From assembly GCA_965206595.1 (NCBI GenBank), contig OZ242214.1, positions 864,001-928,000 on the forward strand: DNA of 64,000 bases. Direction: 5' to 3'. The notes under the pieces are model-generated. The model had not been told where the DNA came from. It searched no databases and saw only the letters and a program-made list of their open reading frames with translations. The number at the start of each line of letters is the position of its first letter. The stretch's first letter is position 1. Origin of the DNA: Candidatus Latescibacterota bacterium (GTDB lineage Bacteria > Latescibacterota > UBA2968 > UBA8231). The position numbers were made by a program, and so were the translations under genes. Positions 27,626 through 38,275 of the stretch are shown one piece after another.

Positions 27626-30325
27626 TCAGTACGCGACTGCGATCGTCGTCGCCACGTGGGTATCCTTCACGCCCGTCCCCTCGGTGGCGGTGTCCAACCC
27701 CAGCCGCACCGTATACAGCCCCGGAGGGACCCGGTTTCCCGACTCGTCGAGACCGTCCCAGGAGATCGCGTAGCGGCCCGCGCTGACGTCGCGGCGCTCC
27801 TGGATGCGGCGCAGGCGGCGGCCTGCGAGATCGTAGATCTCCACCTCGGCGGCGCTGCCGGCTCCCACCATGACTACCGAAAACTCGAACAGGGCCGCGT
27901 CGTTGATCCCGTCCCCGTTCGGCGTGAAGAGACCGGGGGTCTGCAGTCCCTGAAGCAGGTTGCCGCCGCCGCCGGCGGCCTCGGCCACCACGAGCAGCGA
28001 GTTCTCCCCGGCCAGCCCGGTGGCGTCGCCGACGTCGATCCGCTGCCAGAACTTCCCGGCGGAGTTGCGCAGCCAGGGCTCCAGCTGCCCCCCCGACGAG
28101 TAGAGCGTCGCCGGAAAAACGAGCCGCACCAGGTCCACTCCCGATTCGATCAAGGGAAACCGCACCAGCAGGCTGTCGCCGAAGCTCGCCACGGTCGCCT
28201 CCGCCACCAGGAGATCGCTAGGATCATCCGCCGCGGCCTCGAACTGCGAGGCGCGGCCGGCGTACAGCCGCACCCTGTCGGGCGCCGTCTCCTCTTCTCC
28301 GAGCACCATTCCCGAAGGAGGCCGGATCACGAGCTCGTCGAAACCGGTCTCCAGGGCATCCACGGCGACGTGGAGGGTGAAGCGGCGCTCGACTCCCAGG
28401 GTATCCACCCGCGTCGGGGTCACTTCCCCGAGCAGCCGGCTGGCGACCGGTTCGGCGAAATGCAGGCGGATCGACCGCAAGGTCGCCGCGGTGTCCGGCC
28501 TTTCCGAGAGCAGGGAGGCCCGGATTTTCAGGATTTTTCGCGGTGAGGGGGACTGAATCAGGCTTCCGGTGGGATCTTCGTAGCGAGTGCTCCACGGCGA
28601 CCACTCCGGACCCTCCTCGTAAATCACCCTCTTGTCCTTGTTTTTGGTGAAGCTCTTCTGTCCGCGGCTGTAGAACTTGTCAGCCCCCTCCTGTCCCCTT
28701 CCGTAGAGCAACCCGTCGTCGCGATAGTACAGCGTATCCGGGATCAGCACGTTTCCCGTTTTCGTCTGCAGGACCACCTGGGTCCCCGGCGGGGTATCCG
28801 CCTCCCACTCGATCACGGTCAGGTTGCGGCTCCCCGGCAGCTCGATGGGATTCGACAGCAGCGCCACCTCGGGATGGTACCCCGTCCCGAACAACTGCAT
28901 TTCCGACAGCGGATGAGTGCCGCTGCAGGTGTTGATCTCCCAGGCGAAGCGGAAGAAACGCGCCTTGATGTCGTCGAAATCGTGACGCCTCAGGCGCATG
29001 CCGCTCGCAGGTACTACCGATCCGGAAAGAGTCTCGTCCTCCGCCTTGCTGTAAACGGCCGTCGCCGTCCACTCGAGACTGCCGTCAGCCTGCCTCGCAC
29101 CGTCCGAGAAATCGAGGCGATAGCTGCAATATTCATTTCCACCAAAGCCAAACGCCCTGAAGTTCGCAACCATGCGGTAGGCATTGATCCAGTACCACGA
29201 GGCGAGATCGAAAAACAGCTCATCCTCGTTCCTCTGGTCGTGAGTCCCGAGGGGAAAGGGAAAGCTTGTGAGGACATCACCGTCGAAGAGAATGTCGGCG
29301 CTGAACTCGTGGCGCATGCCGATCTGTCCTCCCCGGTCCGCCACTCCGTGGATGATCTCGTCGCCGGTTCCCCAGACCTCCAGCTCGGCCAGCCTCGGGC
29401 GCTCGCGCCGGAAATAGCGGATCGGGCCCCGGCGAGCCGGCTCGAGCTGCACCCACACCTCCCGGGGCACGGCGACCTCCCTGCCGTCCGGCTGTTTCTT
29501 TGTATGCTCGACGAAACCCCGTTCCGCGGGCGCCAAGTCCTCCCAGGCCGCCATTCCCACTTCCCCTTCTCCGACGATCCTCCCCCGGTCGAGGTCGCTG
29601 TCGCGGACCACGATCTGCAGGAAGCGTCCGAGGGGATCGACCTGCCCGGGGGTGGTCTGGGACAGGTCGAGCTCGAACACCCGCTGGGTCTTGTTGGGCA
29701 CCAGCGTCTGTATCACCGGCACGTAGTTGCGGACATCCGCCTCCTTCGCCGACGGGGGCTTGAGCCCGTTGGAGACCAGCACGTCGAACAGCAGGAAAGG
29801 ATCCCCCTCCGCCTCGGGGACGAAGCGCACGACGATGCGGTCGATGATCACCAGGCGCCCGAGGTCGACGGTGAACCACCATTGAGAAGGGAGGTCGACG
29901 TCTCCGGAGGGCGGGTCCGGCTCCCAGAAGGTCGACATGTCTCCGTCGAGCACGTTGACGACCTCGTCGCGGTTGGTTCCGGCCTCGATCCCGTCGAGCA
30001 GCTCGATCCGGGACCGGTCCTTGTCCTTGGCGGATTCGGGGGGATGGAGGCGGAGGAAGTCGACGATATCGAGGGAGGCGTTGGTGTTTCTCCTCAGCCG
30101 CCCGGGTCGGACCCCGTCGTCTACGACTTCGATGGTGCCGGCAGGGAAGTCCCATTCGCGCCAGTGGTCCGGCCGGTCGACGACGATCTGATCGCCGACC
30201 CTCCTGTATCCCTGCTGGGCTCCGGCATCGGAGAGAGGTTGGAGAAGGAGGACGGCCGCGCTCGCCAGGGAGCCGGCGAGAAGGCCGCTTGCGCTCAGGA
30301 TTCGGGGGCGGTTTCTCATGACCAT
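27626..30325 (-). CDS. Family B3: secreted protein with discoidin-like domains and FlgD-Ig/CHU_C-like C-terminal domain
   Basis: Signal peptide; VLDGDMSTFW, VDLGRLVIIDRI, WSPWS; C-terminus FTPNGDGIND...IYDLAGRRLR...WDGLDESGNRVPPGLY...IAVAY. Confidence 0.85.
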   Translation of the reverse strand: MVMRNRPRILSASGLLAGSLASAAVLLLQPLSDAGAQQGYRRVGDQIVVDRPDHWREWDFPAGTIEVVDDGVRPGRLRRNTNASLDIVDFLRLHPPESAKDKDRSRIELLDGIEAGTNRDEVVNVLDGDMSTFWEPDPPSGDVDLPSQWWFTVDLGRLVIIDRIVVRFVPEAEGDPFLLFDVLVSNGLKPPSAKEADVRNYVPVIQTLVPNKTQRVFELDLSQTTPGQVDPLGRFLQIVVRDSDLDRGRIVGEGEVGMAAWEDLAPAERGFVEHTKKQPDGREVAVPREVWVQLEPARRGPIRYFRRERPRLAELEVWGTGDEIIHGVADRGGQIGMRHEFSADILFDGDVLTSFPFPLGTHDQRNEDELFFDLASWYWINAYRMVANFRAFGFGGNEYCSYRLDFSDGARQADGSLEWTATAVYSKAEDETLSGSVVPASGMRLRRHDFDDIKARFFRFAWEINTCSGTHPLSEMQLFGTGYHPEVALLSNPIELPGSRNLTVIEWEADTPPGTQVVLQTKTGNVLIPDTLYYRDDGLLYGRGQEGADKFYSRGQKSFTKNKDKRVIYEEGPEWSPWSTRYEDPTGSLIQSPSPRKILKIRASLLSERPDTAATLRSIRLHFAEPVASRLLGEVTPTRVDTLGVERRFTLHVAVDALETGFDELVIRPPSGMVLGEEETAPDRVRLYAGRASQFEAAADDPSDLLVAEATVASFGDSLLVRFPLIESGVDLVRLVFPATLYSSGGQLEPWLRNSAGKFWQRIDVGDATGLAGENSLLVVAEAAGGGGNLLQGLQTPGLFTPNGDGINDAALFEFSVVMVGAGSAAEVEIYDLAGRRLRRIQERRDVSAGRYAISWDGLDESGNRVPPGLYTVRLGLDTATEGTGVKDTHVATTIAVAY

Positions 30326-30328
30326 CTT

Positions 30329-32362
30329 TCAGTAGACGAGGGCGACGGCCTCGGTGACCCCGCCGGTCGTCGCATCGGTTTCCACATCCATGCGCAGGAG
30401 GTATATCCCCGGAGGCAGCAGATCCTGCCCGTCGGTCCCGTCCCAGGTTTCGCGGAAGCGGCCGCTGGCCCGCTCGCTGAGGATCCCCGCCACCCTTTTG
30501 CCGGAGAGGTCGTAGAAAGAGACTGTTACGGGTACCGAACCGACCATGTTGACGAGCTCGTACTCGATCGTCAGCTCGTCGTTGATGCCGTCGCCGTTCG
30601 GCGTCAGCGCCGGCGACGAGAGCCTCAGTCCCGCCACCGATTCGGCCTCGATCTCGGTCAGGCTCACGCTCAGGCTGTTGCCGTCGACCAGCGGGTCGGC
30701 GTCCCCGGCCGCGACCCGCTGGTGCACTTCCCACTCCCGGGTGCTGTCGAAAACCCGGCCCGAGAACACGGTTCCGTACTGGAAAACCTGGGCGCGGAAG
30801 ATGACCTGGATCGGAATCAGCGAACTCTGGGCATCTCTGCGGTACTCCTCCGGCAGCGGTATGACGAAGCCGTCGGGCCCCACCTGGGCGAGGCCGCTGG
30901 CGTCGAGGGTGTCGATCGCCGAGGCGTCGGTGGGGGAGCTCAGGATGACGGTGTCGACGCTCGCCGCCCGTGCGGGAGTCTCGATCTCGATGCTGTCGAA
31001 ACCGAGGTCGTCTTCCGCGAACTCGGGAAGCAGGGTGTACACGAACCGCACCGTTTCCCTGGACGGCACCTGGGCCGGGGAGATCTCGGCGACCAGCTCG
31101 CTGACGATCGGGGGCTTGCTGACGGTGAACTCGATGTAATCGAGCCGGCTTCCAGCCTGGATCGGCCGTTGCGAGAGGAAGTTGGCGCTGAACTGGATGA
31201 ACCGCCGCGGCAGGTTCCCCAGCAGCCGGTCCTCCCCCTGGTCGAAGTCCAGCGGCGGGGTCCAGAACTCCCAGTTCTGCGTGTCCGGGGCGATACCCGA
31301 CTGCTCACCGGCCTCCAGGTCGAAGTAGGCGTCCCGCGTAAGCGGTTTCCCCGAAGCGTCGAACCGCGACCGCTCCTCGCCCCGGAAGGTATTGCGCCAG
31401 TATACGTTGGGGTCGGTGTCGCTGCCGTTGCGCACGGTGAGCTCCACCGCGGCCCCCTCGTCCCGCGAGCCGGACCAGGTCAGCGTCCCGAGACTGCCGG
31501 GTTCCCCGAGATCGAGGATGTTGGAGGTGTAGGTCGCCTCAGGGGCGAAACCGGAGGCGTAGATCTCGAACTCCGCCACCTCCCACTTGCCGACGATGGT
31601 CTCGAAGAGGATGTGGCGGGCGGGAACGTCCCCCATGTCGAGTTCGAGCAGGGGTACGGTGTTCTCCAGCATGATGTGGCGGAGGTTGAAATTCAACGGG
31701 CCCGAGCGCCAGAAGAAGTTCATGTCCCTGGTGCCCTCCTTCAGCGGATCCCCGTCGCTCGTTCCGATCAGGAAGGACTTCACCGGGCGCTCGTCGAAGT
31801 ACTTGGGGGTCGGGTACATGCGGATCAGGCGGATCGGAAAGGCGCCGCCGAGATCGAACCAGATAGCCTTGGAGTTGCCCCCCGGAAGGTTTCTGTTGGG
31901 GCTGCACTGGTTTCTGGGCAGCCTCGAAGAGCAGCTCGAGCCCCCCTTGAAGTGGCTGCCGCCGCCGTCGTACGCCGTCGTCGGATCTCCGTCGAACAGG
32001 AAGTCGAGCTGCGGTTCGTCCTTGAAGCCGTACCCGTCCGACGACTTGACCCAGCCCCCCGGCCGCTCTCGCAGGGTCGACGTAAGGTTGACGCGGTGGT
32101 CCATCGTTTCGGGACCTAAGGAGCCGTCGGTGGTCTCGATCAGGTGCGCCGAGCCGAAGCGGTCCTCGTCGAGGGGGGTCCAGGAAAGGGAGACGAACTC
32201 GACGTCCCAGTTTTCGGGGAACTCGGGCTCGGGCAGGTCTTCGGGGCCGCCGAGTCGATAGACGTAGAGGGTGGCGCTCGTGTCGGCGACCAAGCCGGGA
32301 CCGAGGGCGAGCAGAGCGCACAGGGAAAGGGCGCTAAACAGGTTGGCTTTTGATCGGTCCAT
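30329..32362 (-). CDS. Family B2: paralog with FlgD-Ig/CHU_C-like C-terminal domain
   Basis: RBS AAAGGAGG before ATG 32362; signal peptide; LFDGDPTT, FDLGGAFPIRLIRMYP, WEVAEFEIY; ends LTPNGDGIND...YDLSGKRV...WDGTD..LLPPGIY...VALVY. Confidence 0.87.
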   Translation of the reverse strand: MDRSKANLFSALSLCALLALGPGLVADTSATLYVYRLGGPEDLPEPEFPENWDVEFVSLSWTPLDEDRFGSAHLIETTDGSLGPETMDHRVNLTSTLRERPGGWVKSSDGYGFKDEPQLDFLFDGDPTTAYDGGGSHFKGGSSCSSRLPRNQCSPNRNLPGGNSKAIWFDLGGAFPIRLIRMYPTPKYFDERPVKSFLIGTSDGDPLKEGTRDMNFFWRSGPLNFNLRHIMLENTVPLLELDMGDVPARHILFETIVGKWEVAEFEIYASGFAPEATYTSNILDLGEPGSLGTLTWSGSRDEGAAVELTVRNGSDTDPNVYWRNTFRGEERSRFDASGKPLTRDAYFDLEAGEQSGIAPDTQNWEFWTPPLDFDQGEDRLLGNLPRRFIQFSANFLSQRPIQAGSRLDYIEFTVSKPPIVSELVAEISPAQVPSRETVRFVYTLLPEFAEDDLGFDSIEIETPARAASVDTVILSSPTDASAIDTLDASGLAQVGPDGFVIPLPEEYRRDAQSSLIPIQVIFRAQVFQYGTVFSGRVFDSTREWEVHQRVAAGDADPLVDGNSLSVSLTEIEAESVAGLRLSSPALTPNGDGINDELTIEYELVNMVGSVPVTVSFYDLSGKRVAGILSERASGRFRETWDGTDGQDLLPPGIYLLRMDVETDATTGGVTEAVALVY

Positions 32363-32426
32363 CGCGGGACCTCCTTTGATGCAGGGCCTTGCGTCAAACA
32401 TATATGCTGACCGAGACGGCATGCGG

Positions 32427-35405
32427 CTATCTCAGGGCGGCGAAAAGGGTCAGGTAGGCGAGGCCGGCGGTCGTCGCCTTGCGCTCGGCGGCGACGACCT
32501 CGAGGGAGCGGCGGTCGACGCGCAGTCCGAGTTGCATGGTCAGCTTGTACCCGAGGAACTCGCTGACGTTGGTGAGTTGGAGCGCCGCCGCTGTGCCCCG
32601 GAAATCGCCCGAGATCGTCCCGGCCGGCAGCTCCTCCTCGCCGCCTCCCAGCTCCTCGAAGAAGCGCTGCTCCAGCCCGGCCTTGAGGCGGCTCCTCTTC
32701 AGCACGGGGAACTCGACCAGGAAGAAGAAGATGCCGTCCCAGGAGCGCCGCTTTCCCTCGCTCAGACTGAACGGCGTCTCGCGCAGAAACTCGCTCTTGA
32801 ACCTGGGCGACAGCTCGACCCGCCCGTACCTCTGCAGGTATTCGATTTTGTTGATGAGCCCGAAGAACCCCGACTCCCGGCGCCCGTTGCGCCCCTCCGG
32901 TCCCAGGGGATCGAACACCGACAGGGTGTCGCCCACCGCGTCCAGGCTCACCTGCAGGTCGCTGTCGCGCTGTCTCCAGGTCTCCCACTTCAGGCGGCTC
33001 ATCGACCTCCAGGGCCGCCTGCCCGCCAGCTCCCAGTCGACGTAGAGGACGTTGATCCAGGTGTCCTTCGCGGCCAGCGGGTCGAGGACCGGCTCCATGC
33101 CGCCGCTGCTCGAGATGGGATTGCCCAGCACGGGACGCTTCATGCGCCACTGTACCAGGTTGTCGGGGATGGTGTCTTCCGCCTTCCTCAGCATCTCGAA
33201 GACGCGGACGCGCCCGGCTCGCGGCGTGCTCCTGTCCAGGATGAGCAGGCCGTAGCTGGTCCGGTTCCCGCGGCTCGACCTGCCCATCTCCTCCCGCAGC
33301 TGTCCGAGCTTCAATTCGATCTCGGGGGTGATCTCGACCCCGCCGAAGAGATTGTAGCCGAAGTGGTCCTTCTTGTAGGGGTAGTCCGGCTCGTCGTCGT
33401 TCTCGAACCGCTCGATCCAGCCGTTGTTGTTGAGGTCCATGCCGAAGAGGAACTGCGGCCTGTCGGAGCGGAAGCGCAGGAAGGGCTCGTCGTAATCGGG
33501 GAAGAAGTTCGGCCGCTCCGGCGTCGTGTTCTGGTTGAAGTCGGAGATGAAGTCCTGGTTCTCGTCGTACCCGGGAAAGACCTCGGGGTCCGCGACGCCG
33601 CCTAATTTAATGGAGGCCTGACGACTGGCCCGGATGGGGACCAGAGATCCCTGCCCCAAGCGGCGTTGATCGGGCTGGCGGTCGTTGTCGTCGTTGTCGT
33701 CGACGTAGTCGTAGAGCAGGTTGCTCGCCTCGGTGTCGTAGTTGGGCAGACCGCCGAGGTCCATGAGCAGGACGCTGGTCGTGTAGTCGTCGTCCATGCC
33801 GAACCCCTCGGCGAACAGGGACCAGGGCCCACCCCTCCAGGAGGCGTTGACCATCCACCCGATGGCGCGCTCGTGGCCGGGGAAGCCGGAGACGGCGCGA
33901 TGCTGCCTGCGGGTCACTCCTGGGTACTTGCGGTACTGATTGTTCAGGTTGACCTCGCCGTAGAAGTCGAAGCCGTGGAAATTCCGGATCTCGGCGGTGA
34001 CGCCGGCGATGTTGTTCGCCGTGGGCAGGCCGTAGTCGAACACGACCTCGCGCTGGTTGAGCCGGTTCTTGACGTTTCCGGCGGCGCGCGTCACCGTGCG
34101 GAACTGGGGGACCCCCTCCTCGTTGGTCTGCCGGTCCGAGGTCACGGCGATGGCGTAGTCGTTGGCGACGATGAGCCTGACCCGGAGGTTCTCGATCGCC
34201 GCGATCGCCTCCTCCGTCTCGGTCGGGGTCAGGCCCAACTCGGTTCCCAGCAAGGAGCGCAGCGTGAGGGGTTCCAGCTGCGCAACCCTTTCCTCAGCGA
34301 CGATCTGCGGCGGCAGTTCCAGCAGGTAGTTGAGGACGATCACGTCGCCGCCGTCGGCGGTGCGGAACCCCTCGATCAGCTTGCCCTCGCCGATCCCCAC
34401 CTCCCCGGTGACGAACTGAAGCCCCGGAATCGCCTCGAAGCCGATGTCGCTGCCGACTATGACGGTGTCGATCGGCACGATCGCAACCCCGTCGCCGGCG
34501 GGCACCTCGCGCATTAGAGTCGTAGTGATCTCTATGTCGCTGCGTATGAGAAGGCCCCCCCCTTCGCCGTCCTCCGGCGAGTCGTCGGAGATCCTGACGG
34601 CGAGGGTGTTCACCCCCCTCGAGGCCTGCTCGGGCGAGAGGAAGCCCTTCAGCGGGTTCCCCTGCAGGGTTTCGTAGGTGCCGCTGTTGTTGTGGCTGTT
34701 GACGAGGTTGAAACCGAGGGTGAGGGCGTCGTTGACGTCGAATTCAACCCGCCCCCCGGCGAGCGCGGTCGTATTTCTCACCCTGCCCGCCCCGGAGGCC
34801 AGCATCGGGAGGTTGATCCTCGAAAACAGGCCGGTGGCGCGGTAGCGGCCGCTCTGCATGCTCGTGACGACGCCGTTGAAGCCTGCCTTGCGCAGGGTCA
34901 TCGGGGTCAGCAGCGCCGAGATCTCGTCGCCGATCAGGATCGAGAAAGAGGTGTCGCCCCGGCGGTCGGAGCTGATCAGCAGGCGGCTGAACCAGCCTAT
35001 GTACTGCCCCTTGCGGACGACGTTGGAGCTCTGCGAAAGCAGCGGCTGGGTCTGGCGCCAGTCGTAGATCAGCCAGCCCCTTGAGGCGAGGTTGCCGTAG
35101 AGGTCGTAGAAGTAGTCCCCTTCCTGGCCGGGAGCGACGTAGCGCAGGTAGCTGTCGATCCCCCAGTTGGTGTACTGCCACTGGCGGCGGCCGTACTCGG
35201 CGAACTGGGTAGGCGGCATGTACCACCGGTGGACGGCCGGATCGAGGGTCTCGGCGTATATCGGCACCCCGGAGGACCGGAAGAACAGCTCCTCCCCGAG
35301 ACGGGAGCCGAGGCGGTTGCCGTACTCGACGGCGCCCAGCGGGGCAGCGGCCGCCAGATGGAGCAGGACCGCCCCTGTCAACCACGCCCTTGTCTTCGCC
35401 CGCAT
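32427..35405 (-). CDS. Family A3: ~990-aa exported protein, putative outer-membrane beta-rich protein with D/N-rich segment
   Basis: Signal peptide MRAKTRAWLTGAVLLHLAAAAPLGA; EYGNRLG; EGDYFYD; DDNDDND; DFISDFNQN; DLNNNGWIERFEND. Confidence 0.85.
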   Translation of the reverse strand: MRAKTRAWLTGAVLLHLAAAAPLGAVEYGNRLGSRLGEELFFRSSGVPIYAETLDPAVHRWYMPPTQFAEYGRRQWQYTNWGIDSYLRYVAPGQEGDYFYDLYGNLASRGWLIYDWRQTQPLLSQSSNVVRKGQYIGWFSRLLISSDRRGDTSFSILIGDEISALLTPMTLRKAGFNGVVTSMQSGRYRATGLFSRINLPMLASGAGRVRNTTALAGGRVEFDVNDALTLGFNLVNSHNNSGTYETLQGNPLKGFLSPEQASRGVNTLAVRISDDSPEDGEGGGLLIRSDIEITTTLMREVPAGDGVAIVPIDTVIVGSDIGFEAIPGLQFVTGEVGIGEGKLIEGFRTADGGDVIVLNYLLELPPQIVAEERVAQLEPLTLRSLLGTELGLTPTETEEAIAAIENLRVRLIVANDYAIAVTSDRQTNEEGVPQFRTVTRAAGNVKNRLNQREVVFDYGLPTANNIAGVTAEIRNFHGFDFYGEVNLNNQYRKYPGVTRRQHRAVSGFPGHERAIGWMVNASWRGGPWSLFAEGFGMDDDYTTSVLLMDLGGLPNYDTEASNLLYDYVDDNDDNDRQPDQRRLGQGSLVPIRASRQASIKLGGVADPEVFPGYDENQDFISDFNQNTTPERPNFFPDYDEPFLRFRSDRPQFLFGMDLNNNGWIERFENDDEPDYPYKKDHFGYNLFGGVEITPEIELKLGQLREEMGRSSRGNRTSYGLLILDRSTPRAGRVRVFEMLRKAEDTIPDNLVQWRMKRPVLGNPISSSGGMEPVLDPLAAKDTWINVLYVDWELAGRRPWRSMSRLKWETWRQRDSDLQVSLDAVGDTLSVFDPLGPEGRNGRRESGFFGLINKIEYLQRYGRVELSPRFKSEFLRETPFSLSEGKRRSWDGIFFFLVEFPVLKRSRLKAGLEQRFFEELGGGEEELPAGTISGDFRGTAAALQLTNVSEFLGYKLTMQLGLRVDRRSLEVVAAERKATTAGLAYLTLFAALR

Positions 35406-35416
35406 CTTCTTCACCT

Positions 35417-38275
35417 CTACTGGCCCGCGTACACGGTGATGAAGCCGGTCGATTCGGTCGCCCCTGCCCTCGCCTTCTCGAACTCCCCGGCGGCGCGGTC
35501 GGCGAGCTGCACTCTCTCGGTGAAAAACCGCGCCAGCCGGAAGCCGATCTGGGTCGTCAACCGGTACCCCAGGTAATCCGAGGCGTTGGTCAGCTGGATG
35601 GCGCCGATGAGCGAGCGCAGGTCTCCGGTCTCGCCCACAGCCCCGAGCTCGAGCATCTCTTCCTCGTCGGCGAGCCGTTCGCTGAGCTGGGCGAGCTCCA
35701 GTCCCAGGGTCAGCGAGCTCCGCGCCAGCACCGGGAACTGGGTGACCAGCGTCGCAATCCCCGTCCACTGCTCCTGGCTCTTCTCCGCTTTCAGGAAGGC
35801 GTCGCGCCTGAGGAACTCGCTTTTGAACTTCGGCTGCACCGTCAGGCTTCCCAGGGTCCAGTTGAAGTCCGCCTTGTTCACGAGGCCGAAGAGGACGGGC
35901 GTGGCGCGCAGCGGTCTGCCGGACGGATCCCTGGGATCGCCGGCCCTGTTGTCGTAGAGCTCGTACTTGAGCTTGTTGGCGATGCGCAGGTTCGGTACCG
36001 CGGTGTAGTCGAGGCCGATCCAGGCGGTGTTGACCCAGGTGTCCTGGGCGGGGAGCACGTCCTCGACCAGGGGCGGGTGGCCTGCCACCTTGAAGGGAGA
36101 GACGTCGCGGCGGTCGTCGGCGATCGCGTCTTCGGCCAGCTTGAGCATGTCGAGGACGCGCACGCGTCCGAGGTTGGGGTAGTCCCTTTCGAAGCTGGCG
36201 ATCGCGTAGGTCGTCCGGTTGCTGCGCTCGTCGGAGATCATGCCCTCGTCGAGCCTGCCCAGGGTGATGCGGGCCTCGGGGGTCACCTGCATGCCGCCGA
36301 AGAGGTTGAAGCCCCGGCGGTCCTGCCTGTACGGGTAGTCGGGCAGCTCGTCGTTCTCGAAGCGGTCGACCCAGCCGTTGTTGTTCAGGTCGATTCCGAA
36401 AAGGAATTCCGGCCGCTCGACGTCGTGCCTGAGGAACGGCTCCTCGTAGTCGGGGACCGTGTTCGAAACCGCGTTGTTGTCGTTCTGGTTGAAGTCGCTG
36501 ATGAAGTCGTTGTTCTCGTCCCAGCCCGGGAAGACGTTGGTGTCGCTCAACTTCGAGCCGGATCTCACCCAGTCGGGGATGTCGTCCTGATCGTCGTTGT
36601 CGTCTACGAACTCGTAGGCGTGAATCGGCAGGTTGTCGTACTCGACGTTCCCCTCGGTATCGACGACGAAGCTTCGGGTGGAGTAGTCGCCGTCGATGGC
36701 GTACCCCTCGCCGTACAGAAAGAACGGGTACTCCTCCTTCGACACCGTCAGGTAGCGGGCGTCGGCGGTCCGGCGCGAGATCTCGTGGCCCTCATTGGCG
36801 GTGAACAGGGTGGCGTTCGGGTACTGAGAGTAGCGGAAGCTGCGGTCCCATTCCGCGTAGAAATCCACACCCCAGAGGTCGACTCCCTCGATCGTCGCTC
36901 CGGCCACGAGGTTGGCCGTCGGCAGGCCGTACTCGAACACGACCTTGCGGATGTTCGAGATGTCGGTGACGTTGCCGGCGGCCCTCGTCACCGGCAGCAG
37001 CGCCACCCCCCCCTCGAGGATCTCGCTGGTTATCGGAGGGGAGGGAACTCCCGCCACGGTCCGGCCGCGATACGAGCGCGCCCTGCCGGGCTGCTTGTTA
37101 GACCAGATCTCGACCTTGTAGTCGTTGGCGAGCACGTAGTCGAACTCGACCGAGACGATATGGGTCTCGTCGAGGCCGGTCTCCGCGGGAAGCTGGAACC
37201 CGGGGTCGGTGAAGTCGTAGTTCAGGATGATCGGCTCGTCGCCGTCCGCGGTCCGGAACCCCTCGCGCTCGAAACCACCGAGCACCAAAGGCCACTCGGT
37301 GCCTGGACGCACGACGTCCGCCAAGGTCCACACCCGCTCCTGTCCGGTCTCGAAATCCCGGGTGGTGATGCGCACGTCGTGCTCGAACAGGGCGGCCCCG
37401 GCGACGCGGTCGGCGGGCGAGTCGTCGCTGAGGATGACGGCGATCGCCGTCAGCGGCGTCCCGCTCTGGCCGGCGGTCAGGTTCCCGGCAACGAGGTCCC
37501 CGGTGAACAGCTCCAGCGCCGAGTTGGAGTTGCGGGCGTCGACGAAGGTGCCGCCGAGGGTTACGTGATCGCCGAGCACGACCTCCGCCCGTCCGCCGAA
37601 CATGCTGGTCGAGTTGGTCTGGCGGTCGGCCTGGGCCTGGGCGAGGATGATCGGGTTGCTGATGCGGGATCCGAGGATCGTCGCCGCGTACCGGTTCCCG
37701 GTAAAGTCGACCTGGACGCCGTCGAAAGCCGCCTTGGAGAAGGTCAGGGGAGTCAGGGTCGTGCGGATCTTGCTGCCCACCGTGACCGAGTAGGTCCGGT
37801 CTCCCTGCTTGTCCCTGGCGATCGTCGCGTTGCTGAACCAGCCGGCGAACTTGCCCCCCTTGAAGACGCTGCTGCCGTCGGAGAGCGGCTGTTCCTGGCG
37901 CCAGTCGTAGACGAGGAAGCCGCGGCTGGCGAGGTCGCCGAAGTAGTCGTAGAAGTAATCCCCTTCGACCGCGGTGTTGACGTAGCGCTGGTAATGCCGG
38001 CGCCCGTAGTTCGAGTACCGCGACTGGAGCCACCGGTACTCGTTGTAGAGCTCTTCCGGGATGTACCAGCGCTTCACCGTCGGATCCAGGGCCCCGAACA
38101 TCACCCCGCGTCCCCGGGGCTCGAAGCTCACCTCGCCTCCCCGCTGCACCTGGTGCCGGGAGCCGAGATCCCCGGTTTGTCCGAAGCCGGGTGCGAGCGG
38201 CGGCAGCAGGGCGCAGGCCGCGGTCCAGGCCAGGAATATCCGTCGCGCGCGCGCGCTTTGGTCGCGGGAAGGCAT
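35417..38275 (-). CDS. Family A2: paralog of A1/A3 (~950 aa)
   Basis: ATG 38275 overlaps the B1 stop (TGATG); signal peptide; same motif series; ends GFITVYAGQ. Confidence 0.85.
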   Translation of the reverse strand: MPSRDQSARARRIFLAWTAACALLPPLAPGFGQTGDLGSRHQVQRGGEVSFEPRGRGVMFGALDPTVKRWYIPEELYNEYRWLQSRYSNYGRRHYQRYVNTAVEGDYFYDYFGDLASRGFLVYDWRQEQPLSDGSSVFKGGKFAGWFSNATIARDKQGDRTYSVTVGSKIRTTLTPLTFSKAAFDGVQVDFTGNRYAATILGSRISNPIILAQAQADRQTNSTSMFGGRAEVVLGDHVTLGGTFVDARNSNSALELFTGDLVAGNLTAGQSGTPLTAIAVILSDDSPADRVAGAALFEHDVRITTRDFETGQERVWTLADVVRPGTEWPLVLGGFEREGFRTADGDEPIILNYDFTDPGFQLPAETGLDETHIVSVEFDYVLANDYKVEIWSNKQPGRARSYRGRTVAGVPSPPITSEILEGGVALLPVTRAAGNVTDISNIRKVVFEYGLPTANLVAGATIEGVDLWGVDFYAEWDRSFRYSQYPNATLFTANEGHEISRRTADARYLTVSKEEYPFFLYGEGYAIDGDYSTRSFVVDTEGNVEYDNLPIHAYEFVDDNDDQDDIPDWVRSGSKLSDTNVFPGWDENNDFISDFNQNDNNAVSNTVPDYEEPFLRHDVERPEFLFGIDLNNNGWVDRFENDELPDYPYRQDRRGFNLFGGMQVTPEARITLGRLDEGMISDERSNRTTYAIASFERDYPNLGRVRVLDMLKLAEDAIADDRRDVSPFKVAGHPPLVEDVLPAQDTWVNTAWIGLDYTAVPNLRIANKLKYELYDNRAGDPRDPSGRPLRATPVLFGLVNKADFNWTLGSLTVQPKFKSEFLRRDAFLKAEKSQEQWTGIATLVTQFPVLARSSLTLGLELAQLSERLADEEEMLELGAVGETGDLRSLIGAIQLTNASDYLGYRLTTQIGFRLARFFTERVQLADRAAGEFEKARAGATESTGFITVYAGQ